Origin: Bradymonadia bacterium
Lineage (GTDB): Bacteria; Myxococcota_A; Bradymonadia; UBA7976; UBA1532
Assembly: GCA_046290225.1 (NCBI GenBank)
Contig: JBKAGE010000078.1
Span: 256,001-320,000, forward strand
Direction: 5' to 3'
Length of the DNA: 64,000 nt
Shown: piece after piece, positions 56,912-64,000 of the stretch
Numbering within the stretch: the first letter of the stretch is position 1
Layout of the letters: the number at the start of each line of letters is the position of its first letter
Program-made: the position numbers and the translations under genes
The notes under the pieces: model-generated
What the model saw: the letters and a program-made list of their open reading frames with translations, nothing else
Told to the model about the DNA's origin: nothing
Databases searched by the model: none

Positions 56912-57270
56912 TGGTGGTTTCGGGGGTCGCTCCGCTGGCAAGAGAGTTTCGGGCACGGGCACGGGCACGGGCACGGGCACGAGTTGATACATATCTGGAC
57001 CCGTAGCCCTGCATGGCTCCGCTCGTAGGTTGATGGTGGTGGAGGCGCTGCTCGGCCCCGCGTTCTTCTCAGTGGAGGCTCTGAACTCCATATCCCCAAG
57101 ACCTGAACTTTCAGGCCGTTCTCAAGCGTACCTTCTCAGCTTCAATCGCAACCCTCGCCCTGAATTCAGGATGGGCCACGGGTCCAGATATGTATCAACT
57201 CGTGCCCGTGCCCGTGCCCGTGCCCGTGCCCGAAACTCTCTTGCCAGCGGAGCGACCCCCGAAACCACCA
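56912..57270. repeat. Long inverted-repeat element: 93-bp perfect arms with (GGGCAC)5, 173-bp spacer
   Basis: 56912-57004 is the exact reverse complement of 57178-57270. Confidence 0.92.
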
Positions 57271-57304
57271 TCACGCATCGAACCCGATCCAGAAGACAAG
57301 GCCA

Positions 57305-58120
57305 TCACCGACCGCTCTTTTCTCGACCACAACGTTGCGCGCTGCGCTGCTTCAGCTCGGCATGATTCGGCAGGTACTTGGCATGCCGCACGATGACCTC
57401 GTGACTCAACTGCTCGAAATGAGCCTCGAAGATCGCGGCAGCGAACTCCGGGTGCTTTCTCGACGCATCAGCGAGCACCCAGCCAATCCCAGTCTGCACG
57501 AAGCGCTCTTCTGACGGCAGCAGACGTTGCACGAGATCAGCGATGACGTCGTGGTGCAGCCCCGACTTCCCTGCCTTCTTGAACGCCAGGATGGCGCAGC
57601 GCCTCTGCCAGACGGTCTCTGACTCTGCCCAGCCCACCAACCGGGGAATGAAGTCGGGCGTCTTCAAGGGCACCTCTTCAAGCACCCGCACGCACAGCCA
57701 GTCATTGGTCGACCAGTCGTGAATGTCTCCGGCGCCGAGAGCATCTTCGACCATCCCGAGCATGGCAGCGATCCTGTCCTCAGCGGTGACGTCAGGATCC
57801 TTTCGCTTGAGCCACTGCTTCAACCACAAGATGGCCGTGAGCTTGTCTTCAGCCATGGGCTGGGCAAGCCAATGTCGAATGTGACGCAGTTGCTCGTCAG
57901 CAGGCAGGCGATCTGCACCGCTCTGAGCGAAGACGCTCTTCAATGCAGTCTTCAGCTGAGGCGTCTTCACCCCCCGGTAGGTGATCACGCCTTTCAGGTA
58001 GCGCGTGAACCACTCTGCAGTCTCGGGCGTCGCAGCGGCCTCCAAGACCGACACGAGGATCGAGTGCAGCGCCTCTTCACCCAATGCATCAGAGTTGACC
58101 ACGCCTGTGGACTCGGTCAC
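57305..58120 (-). CDS. DNA alkylation repair enzyme (AlkD-like HEAT-repeat family)
   Basis: YLKGVITYRGVKTP, DWSTND, W...E.VWQRR, ERFVQTGIGWVL; GTG start overlaps the upstream stop (GTGA). Confidence 0.78.
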   Translation of the reverse strand: MTESTGVVNSDALGEEALHSILVSVLEAAATPETAEWFTRYLKGVITYRGVKTPQLKTALKSVFAQSGADRLPADEQLRHIRHWLAQPMAEDKLTAILWLKQWLKRKDPDVTAEDRIAAMLGMVEDALGAGDIHDWSTNDWLCVRVLEEVPLKTPDFIPRLVGWAESETVWQRRCAILAFKKAGKSGLHHDVIADLVQRLLPSEERFVQTGIGWVLADASRKHPEFAAAIFEAHFEQLSHEVIVRHAKYLPNHAELKQRSAQRCGREKSGR

Positions 58121-59574
58121 GTGGTGGCCACCTGGGCGGCATCGGCCGGCGTTGCGCCCTCTTCTGAGGTGTCCAGCTGAGCGCGGATCTCGTTCGCCTT
58201 CTCTTCGGTGAGCTTGTAGCCCCACATCACCCAAATGGCGATGAGGGTGCCGAAGATGGGCACCCCGGAGAAGAAGGCTCGCAGCCCAGTCATCGCCTCC
58301 GCGGTCTGGCTGGCGGCGCCGGGCTCGTAGCCTACGAACGACAAGATCAAACCGCTCATCAGGCCCGCCACAGCGAAGCCGAACTTCACCATCCACCAGT
58401 AGATGGCCCCAAAGATGCCTTCCCGGCGCAATCCGGAGTTCAGCTCGTCGAGATCGATGACATCTGCGGTCATGGACATCATCAGGGTGAACAGACCTCC
58501 GATCCCGAAGGAGAAGAACGGGAGGGCGAAGATGAACATGTACGGCTTGCCGGGGATGAACAGGAACCACAACATGATGTAGCCGATGATGGAGATGCCC
58601 TGGGACAACAAGAACGCTCGGCGCTTACCCAGCCTCTTCGACATCAGCGCCACGATGGGGATCACGACGAAGGTGGTGATCAGCGCGCCCACAGAGCCGA
58701 ACAAGGTGGCCCATACGCCCATCTCCCCAGCATCACCGGCGAACAGGTAGTGCAGGATGATGTAGAAGGAGAAGGCCGCCACAGTGTTGAAGGCGTTGAA
58801 CACGAAGAAGGTGGCCACGCACAAGCGACGGAACGGCACCAACTTGAAGGCCTCGCGAAACCCGCTGAAGATGCTGCCGAGGGACTGGCCGATGTTCTTG
58901 ATCTTGAGGGGCGCGTAGTCAGCGTCTTCGGTGGACTCGCTCTTAAGGAAGATGGCCGGTACGAGGGCACACACAGTGCATGCGAGGCCCACCCAGATCG
59001 CCAGCTCGCGCACTGCCGCATCGGGCGATTCGAACCACGCCTCGTCGTACATAACCACCCAGAACCACGGCGCGATCACCCACGCCCACTGCCCGATCCA
59101 CTGAGCCACAGCCATGATGCTGGTGCGCTCGTGGAAGTCGTTGCTCATCTCGTAGCCCATGGCCACGTACGGCACGCTGAAGATGGTGATGCCCAGGTAG
59201 AAGAAGATGGACCACACCAGGAAGTACACGAAGTTGTATTCCAAGCTGTTGTCACGACTGAGCTGCCACATGAACACGAAGGACAACCCAGTGAAGATGC
59301 CGCCGATGAAGACGTACTGTCTCCGCCGACCCCACTTCGACTTCGTGTTGTCCGAAATGAACCCCATCAACGGATCGGAGAGCGCGTCCAAGACTCGAGG
59401 CAAGAAGGCGAGCACCCCGAGCATCCACCCCGGAAACCCGAGGTTCTCGATGAGCACCACCATGAAGATGCCCAGCACGGCGGGGAACATCTGGTTGGCG
59501 AGCATGCCGACGCCAAAGGCGAGCTTCTGGCCGAAGGGGACCTTCTGAGTGGCCTGAGGAGAGTTCGTACTCAC
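58117..59574 (-). CDS. GPH (glycoside-pentoside-hexuronide) family MFS sugar transporter
   Basis: DALSDPLMGFISDNTKSKWGRRR, PYVAMGYEMS.DFHERT, ADVIDLDEL..G.RREG. Confidence 0.92.
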   Translation of the reverse strand: MSTNSPQATQKVPFGQKLAFGVGMLANQMFPAVLGIFMVVLIENLGFPGWMLGVLAFLPRVLDALSDPLMGFISDNTKSKWGRRRQYVFIGGIFTGLSFVFMWQLSRDNSLEYNFVYFLVWSIFFYLGITIFSVPYVAMGYEMSNDFHERTSIMAVAQWIGQWAWVIAPWFWVVMYDEAWFESPDAAVRELAIWVGLACTVCALVPAIFLKSESTEDADYAPLKIKNIGQSLGSIFSGFREAFKLVPFRRLCVATFFVFNAFNTVAAFSFYIILHYLFAGDAGEMGVWATLFGSVGALITTFVVIPIVALMSKRLGKRRAFLLSQGISIIGYIMLWFLFIPGKPYMFIFALPFFSFGIGGLFTLMMSMTADVIDLDELNSGLRREGIFGAIYWWMVKFGFAVAGLMSGLILSFVGYEPGAASQTAEAMTGLRAFFSGVPIFGTLIAIWVMWGYKLTEEKANEIRAQLDTSEEGATPADAAQVATT

Positions 59575-59696
59575 GGCTTCACACCTGTAATTTCACTGTG
59601 GTGACACTTTGCAGGCAATCAGTGAGCACTGGCAAGCAGTACGGTCGTATCGCGGTCATATCAGAAAAGTGCCATGAACCAGGTTGCAACGGATGC

Positions 59697-60290
59697 TTAT
59701 GACTGAGGCTGCCCGATGGCTCTCGTGGCCACTCGACAGGCAGCTTTCACCTGAGTGGGTGAAGCCTTGGCACGGACCAGGGCAGCCACCCCAATCAGCG
59801 CCATGGTGAAGTAGGCCGCCAGCTCGTCGAGATCCGCGCCCTCCCCCACCTCACCATCACGCTGTGCGTTCCCCAGCGCATGCCTGAAAGCCGCGTTGAG
59901 CCGCTCGAAGTATGCGTTCACGTGACGCTTGACCCCCTCGTCGAGGGGTCCCCGCTCCACAGCGGCGTTGCACAGCAGACACCCGAGACCGCTCATGGGC
60001 CCCTCGCTCGCTCGGCCATACCCTTCGAAGGCGTTATGGATGGCCTCGGCGCCACCATCGGGGGCCTCGAGCCCCGAGAGCACCCGAGAGAGCTGGTTGC
60101 GATCGTAGTACTCGAGGGCCGCCTCGTAGAGGGCCTGCTTCGAGCCGAACTCGGCGTACATGCTTTTGCGATTTACGCCGAGAGCCTCCACGAGCTCTTC
60201 GGTCTTGGCGGCGTCATATCCCTTCCGATGAAAGACGCCCACTGCCCGCTTCAAGAGGTCTTCGCGGTCGTACTGCTTGGGCCTGCCCAT
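59697..60290 (-). CDS. TetR/AcrR family transcriptional regulator
   Basis: MGRPKQYD...F..KGY...LGVNRKSMYAEFGSK; GCLLCN. Confidence 0.92.
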   Translation of the reverse strand: MGRPKQYDREDLLKRAVGVFHRKGYDAAKTEELVEALGVNRKSMYAEFGSKQALYEAALEYYDRNQLSRVLSGLEAPDGGAEAIHNAFEGYGRASEGPMSGLGCLLCNAAVERGPLDEGVKRHVNAYFERLNAAFRHALGNAQRDGEVGEGADLDELAAYFTMALIGVAALVRAKASPTQVKAACRVATRAIGQPQS

Positions 60291-60324
60291 GGGCGCTGCT
60301 CACTTTTTCCAAATTTTTGCTTGC

Positions 60325-60373
60325 CCAAAAGTAACCCCTTAGTTACGAACGCCAAAAGCAACCCATCAGTTAC
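60325..60373. promoter_or_regulatory. Tandem palindromic operators between the TetR gene and the divergent ABM gene
   Basis: CCAAAAGTAACCCCTTAGTTAC (60325-60346) and CCAAAAGCAACCCATCAGTTAC (60352-60373); core G(T/C)AAC-N6-GTTAC. Confidence 0.75.
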
Positions 60374-60420
60374 TTATTCACGACACCGCCTCAAACGAGG
60401 CCCATCAGGAGGATCACGTC

Positions 60421-60789
60421 ATGGCCAGCACTCACATCACAGTCGTTTACAAGTGGACCGCCAAGCCCGGGCAGCTCGATGCGCTGTCGACGATCTACGC
60501 CGGGGTCACTGAAGCCATGCAGCAAAACGAGCCCGGCGCCACCGACGTGCAGGTGTACCGCTCAGAAGAAGAGAACGTGCTCTACGTCCGCGACGAGTTC
60601 GTCGACGCCGACGCCCTGGCGTTTCACCTGACCCAGACCGCCGCGGCGCACTTCGGCGATCTGCTGGCCATCGCCACGCCGGGTTCGTTCTTGTTCTTTG
60701 GTGACGTGCCCGCGGAGCTACAGGCGGCGACGAAGCAGATGGGGCTGGCTTCGGAGTTCGGCACGCGTCTGGGTGGCTTCACGCGCTGA
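60421..60789 (+). CDS. Antibiotic biosynthesis monooxygenase (ABM)-like protein
   Basis: AKPGQ...NEPG...E.F.D..A...H pattern; AGGAGG RBS. Confidence 0.75.
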   Translation: MASTHITVVYKWTAKPGQLDALSTIYAGVTEAMQQNEPGATDVQVYRSEEENVLYVRDEFVDADALAFHLTQTAAAHFGDLLAIATPGSFLFFGDVPAELQAATKQMGLASEFGTRLGGFTR

Positions 60790-60816
60790 GGTGAGTTGAT
60801 CAGGTGAGTCTGCTAT

Positions 60817-61332
60817 GTGTTGAGCATGCACCCCGGCGATATTGTCTACGGCATCGTGTTCCATGTAACCATCTACCATGTGTACGTGAGACTCACTCGA
60901 ACGCCTGCTCTCATCGGCACCATCCACAACCAAAACATTGGTTGGAGCCGCGATGACCAGTTCGGTGATCTCGACCAGCGCTTCAGCCCTGGAGACTCTG
61001 TAGAAGCGCGGGTACTCAGTATTAGGCGTAGCGGACTCGAAGTCAGCCTCAGCATCAAGACGCTTACCCAAGACCCGTGGTTGACCTATGCCGATGTCCT
61101 GACCATAGGTCACACGCTCCCTGGCCGGGTTGTGTCGATCACCGATGATGGTCTGTTCGTGGAACTCTTCCCCGGAGTCGAGGGGGTCATCTTCTGCCAA
61201 GAGCTGGGATGGACCTCTCGGGAGAGGTGGACCTCAACTCAGAACATCGGCGATGTACTTTGGGTCGAGCTGATTCATGTGGATCTCGAACATCAGAGGC
61301 TTTCACTACGACCAGTGCCCGACGAGAGCTGA
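60817..61332 (+). CDS. Stand-alone two-S1-domain protein (ribosomal S1-like)
   Basis: GDSVEARVLSI...VSLSIKTLTQDPW...GRVVSITDDGLFVELFPGVEGVI...ELGW...RLSL. Confidence 0.72.
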   Translation: MLSMHPGDIVYGIVFHVTIYHVYVRLTRTPALIGTIHNQNIGWSRDDQFGDLDQRFSPGDSVEARVLSIRRSGLEVSLSIKTLTQDPWLTYADVLTIGHTLPGRVVSITDDGLFVELFPGVEGVIFCQELGWTSRERWTSTQNIGDVLWVELIHVDLEHQRLSLRPVPDES

Positions 61333-61557
61333 TTCCATCAGTGCCCTTGATGCCCGGACCATTACGTTGCTTGTGATCAATGTATCGATCGATGCAGGAC
61401 GAACACCCTTCCCACCTGAGGTGTGTCGATTCTGATTCGAACGCGGCTTTGAACGCCTCAATAGGTGGGCAGGTGATGGCATCTGCTTCAGTGATGTCAT
61501 TGCGCTCAGTGTGCCAGACTCTTGATGAGAGCGGCCTCATGGTGCCCTTGAAAGGCA

Positions 61558-61977
61558 CTACCTGAACTCAAAACGGCCACTCAACACTTTCAATGCTGCA
61601 TCAAAGGCCTCCGCCCGAACCAGCATATAGTCCGTGTCGTAGGTCGACATCGCACAGATGCTGATGCCTGCCTCTGCCAGGGGTACCGCGATGGATGCCA
61701 GCACCCCCGTGAGGCCGAAGTCCAGCGGGCCAACAACCCCCAGACATCGCCAGCTCCTCTCGGCCTTCACTTCGTCAGGTACACTCTGCTCAGGCACTAC
61801 GAGAGACAACTCCTCGTGGGTATATGTCAGCGAAGAGAGCGCGCTCGGTCGGAACCAGCTGGGCACCGAATCGCCTGAGGGCAAACGACAAATCGCGAAC
61901 CGCTCCGAGAGCACCCGTAGAGTCAGGCCTTGGAGCTTGTTCTTTTGAGCACCAGCGATTTGAACTCGTGTCATCAT
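61558..61977 (-). CDS. ACT domain protein (ACT_7/CASTOR-like)
   Basis: EELSLVV, GPLDFGLTGVLA, AGISI..STYDTDYMLV; start at ATG 61977 after GGAGG. Confidence 0.85.
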   Translation of the reverse strand: MMTRVQIAGAQKNKLQGLTLRVLSERFAICRLPSGDSVPSWFRPSALSSLTYTHEELSLVVPEQSVPDEVKAERSWRCLGVVGPLDFGLTGVLASIAVPLAEAGISICAMSTYDTDYMLVRAEAFDAALKVLSGRFEFR

Positions 61978-62134
61978 CTGCCTCCGCGATCCTCTTGGTA
62001 TCGGTGATACCACGCGTGAACATGTCCGTTGATGACCCCAAGTGCCTGGCAGCCATGCATGCGCATTGGTTTGGGCAGTGATACAACGCACTTCTCACCT
62101 GAGATGACCTCTCAAACGCTCTGGAGCCTCTTCA

Positions 62135-62677
62135 ATGCCAGCTCGCCTCTCGGCCCCCTTCACCCTCTTCGCGTTGCTGCTCAGCCTCACCGGGTGCGGC
62201 GGCAGTCAAACCGCGTCCATACCGACGGAGCCTGTGGTGCAATACCTCAAGGGCGAGCTGGTCACGACCTCGCCCGACGGCAAACGCGCGTTTGGTCCTC
62301 CGGTGACCGTACTCGCCATGCGCACCGTCGATCCCGCCTCTGGCACCATCACCGAGCAGACCCGGCATGGTGTGGAGGCGCGCACGACGACGCTGCAGAG
62401 GCAGGGAGAGACCAACACCTTCGAGGCCACCGACAAGGCAGGCTCTTTCAAGGGCACCATCGCCTTCGGCGGGGCAGATTGGGCCATGGGGGCTGCCACC
62501 TATCAGATCTCCATGTCAGATGGGTCTGGCACCATCACTGGTCAGGGCACCTGGGCAGACAAGACCTATGTCACCGAGAAGGTCTTCTCTGATCCAAAGG
62601 GCACACCGAGGGCCAAGATGGTGGAGCGCCTCACCCTCGTTTCGAAGGCCGAGTACGATCAGGCGATGGCCCAATAA
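62135..62677 (+). CDS. Hypothetical lipoprotein (beta-rich)
   Basis: Lipobox LTGC; host-like codon usage. Confidence 0.7.
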   Translation: MPARLSAPFTLFALLLSLTGCGGSQTASIPTEPVVQYLKGELVTTSPDGKRAFGPPVTVLAMRTVDPASGTITEQTRHGVEARTTTLQRQGETNTFEATDKAGSFKGTIAFGGADWAMGAATYQISMSDGSGTITGQGTWADKTYVTEKVFSDPKGTPRAKMVERLTLVSKAEYDQAMAQ

Positions 62678-62681
62678 CATC

Positions 62682-63053
62682 ATGTCCGCACTCGTCCTCG
62701 CGCTACTGCTCTTGTCCGCGCTCATCCACCTGCTCCCCATGGTGGGCGTGCTGGGCCCCGCTCGCCTCCAGCGCCTCTATGGCGTGCCCGTCACCGATCC
62801 TACGCTGGCCCTGTCGATGCGACACCGTGCCATCATGTTCGGCGCCCTCGCGGGGCTGCTCATCGCCGGCGCCGTCGAGCCGCTGTGGCGTATGCCTGCC
62901 GTGGGCGCCACGCTGCTCAGCGATGTGGCCTTTCTCGTGCTCTGGCGCGTGACGCCGGGTGTGCACTCGGCGATGCGGAAGGTGGTCATCGCCGACGTGA
63001 TCTCCATCGTCTGCCTCGGGCTGGTTTTCGCTTTGCACTTCAGTGGCTTCTGA
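62682..63053 (+). CDS. Small 4-TM membrane protein
   Basis: IHLLP..GVLG..RL..LYG....DP.L...MRHRA.MFG pattern; start reassigned to ATG 62682. Confidence 0.72.
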   Translation: MSALVLALLLLSALIHLLPMVGVLGPARLQRLYGVPVTDPTLALSMRHRAIMFGALAGLLIAGAVEPLWRMPAVGATLLSDVAFLVLWRVTPGVHSAMRKVVIADVISIVCLGLVFALHFSGF

Positions 63054-63061
63054 GCCTCCGC

Positions 63062-63089
63062 TTGACAACACGAACGGTCGTACTATTTT
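63062..63089 (+). promoter_or_regulatory. TetR promoter with operator between -35 and -10
   Basis: TTGACA-N16-TATTTT enclosing CACGAACGGTCG. Confidence 0.7.
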
Positions 63090-63121
63090 TAAAGGCGTGA
63101 TCTTCTTCGAGAGGCTTCCTC

Positions 63122-63715
63122 ATGAGCAAAGGCGCCGAGACCCGTGACACCATCCTCGCCCGAGCGATGGATCTGGGCAGCACGGTGGGTCTCGTGGGCC
63201 TCACCATCGGTGAGCTGGCCAAGCAAGTGGGCATGTCGAAGAGCGGACTCTACGCCCACTTCAACTCCAAAGAAGATCTGCAGCGCTCGGTCCTCGAGGC
63301 CGCTGCGGCCCACTTCACCGCCCGGGTGCTCCGCCCTGCCATCCAAGCGCCCCGAGGAGAGCCCCGCGTCCGGGCCCTCTTCGATCGCTGGATGGCGTGG
63401 AGCAGCACCGATCTCAAGGGTGGCTGCCTCTTCATCACCGCCTCCATCGAGTTCGACGATCGAGACACCGTGGTGCGCAGCTATGTGAAGCGCCGCGTGC
63501 AGGAGACTCAGCAGGTCATCGCCCGAGCGGCGGAGATCGCCGTAGAGGAGGGGCACTTCGACGCCCAGCTCGACGTGGGCAGCTTCGCCTTCGAGTTCTG
63601 GGGCATCCTGCTCTCGTTCCACAACTACAGCCGACTGCTCGACGACGCCTCTGCCCGCGAAAAAGCCCTCGGCGCCCTCGAAGCACTCATTCTCCGCGCT
63701 CGCCCTTCGACCTGA
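63122..63715 (+). CDS. TetR/AcrR family transcriptional regulator
   Basis: MSKGAETRDTIL...LTIGELA...GMSKSGLYAHFNSKEDLQ; GGCLFI. Confidence 0.93.
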   Translation: MSKGAETRDTILARAMDLGSTVGLVGLTIGELAKQVGMSKSGLYAHFNSKEDLQRSVLEAAAAHFTARVLRPAIQAPRGEPRVRALFDRWMAWSSTDLKGGCLFITASIEFDDRDTVVRSYVKRRVQETQQVIARAAEIAVEEGHFDAQLDVGSFAFEFWGILLSFHNYSRLLDDASAREKALGALEALILRARPST

Positions 63716-63760
63716 CACACTGATGCAGATTCACCCTCACCCCACACAGGAGCCCTTGTC

Positions 63761-64000
63761 ATGGCACAAAAAAGCACGAACGTTCGGATGATTCAGCTCG
63801 CAGCAGGCCCCCTCTCCACGGTGGCCCCCAACACCAGCGCGCGGTTGCTGGCCCACCTGTTCACCTCCCCTACCCGACGGCGCCGCCCTAGCCGCGAGCG
63901 GGCGTGGCTCAAAGACGCGACGTCTTTCAAAGTGCTCTTCGATCACCGCCGCCACCTCGTGATCCACCGCTGGGGCAAGGGCCCGGTGATCTTGCTGGTC
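63761..64000 (+). CDS. Alpha/beta hydrolase (5' part; runs off the window)
   Basis: Manual translation MAQKSTNVRMIQ...LFTSP...WGKGPVILLV, reaching the strand that normally precedes the HG oxyanion motif; AGGAG RBS. Confidence 0.7.
   Translation, partial: MAQKSTNVRMIQLAAGPLSTVAPNTSARLLAHLFTSPTRRRRPSRERAWLKDATSFKVLFDHRRHLVIHRWGKGPVILLV

Noticed and set aside
57005..57177. Spacer peptide HPEFRARVAIEA resembling an IS3-family OrfA N-terminus
   Set aside because: About 12 residues, no start codon and stops follow; too short to distinguish from chance.
61333..61557. Short ORFs between the S1-like and ACT genes
   Set aside because: No motifs, RBS or codon bias; probably intergenic or decayed sequence.

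Overview
GC-rich bacterial chromosome segment; gene content (MYXO-CTERM-type sorting signal, FHA/Ser-Thr kinase-fold proteins, 3-TM SecE, Gly-rich lipoproteins) points to Myxococcota or a related deltaproteobacterial lineage (inference). Bases 1-22.5 kb (minus strand) carry the translation/transcription superoperon: tRNA-Thr/Tyr/Gly/Thr, tuf, tRNA-Trp, secE, nusG, rplKAJL, rpoB, rpsL-rpsG-fusA, then the S10 and spc blocks to secY. Five genes normally inside it are cleanly absent: rpoC, rplC (L3), rpsN (S14), rpmG (L33) and the str-linked tuf copy. Bases 22.7-47.3 kb hold housekeeping and signalling genes (rlmB, pyrF, proS, a YgeW-like transcarbamylase, lon, a PlsB-like acyltransferase, boxR-boxC-boxB without boxA, ychF). 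Four intact genes there lack catalytic residues: a pseudokinase, a GpsA homolog, a class A beta-lactamase-fold lipoprotein and a large serine recombinase derivative. Bases 47.5-64 kb are accessory: a MYXO-CTERM/PKD protein, MFS transporters, an SMI1/KNR4 gene next to a secreted 17-aa Cys-repeat protein, a GH17-GH17-GH30-GPH beta-glucan cluster split by an AlkD-like gene and a 93-bp perfect inverted-repeat element, two TetR loci with visible operators, and a two-domain S1 protein. The best new candidate system is a Cys-rich ArsR regulator with a palindromic operator, translationally coupled to a 31-aa, 11-Cys metallothionein-like peptide (53325-53420) that the ORF track misses. All family calls are by motif recognition; no searches were run.
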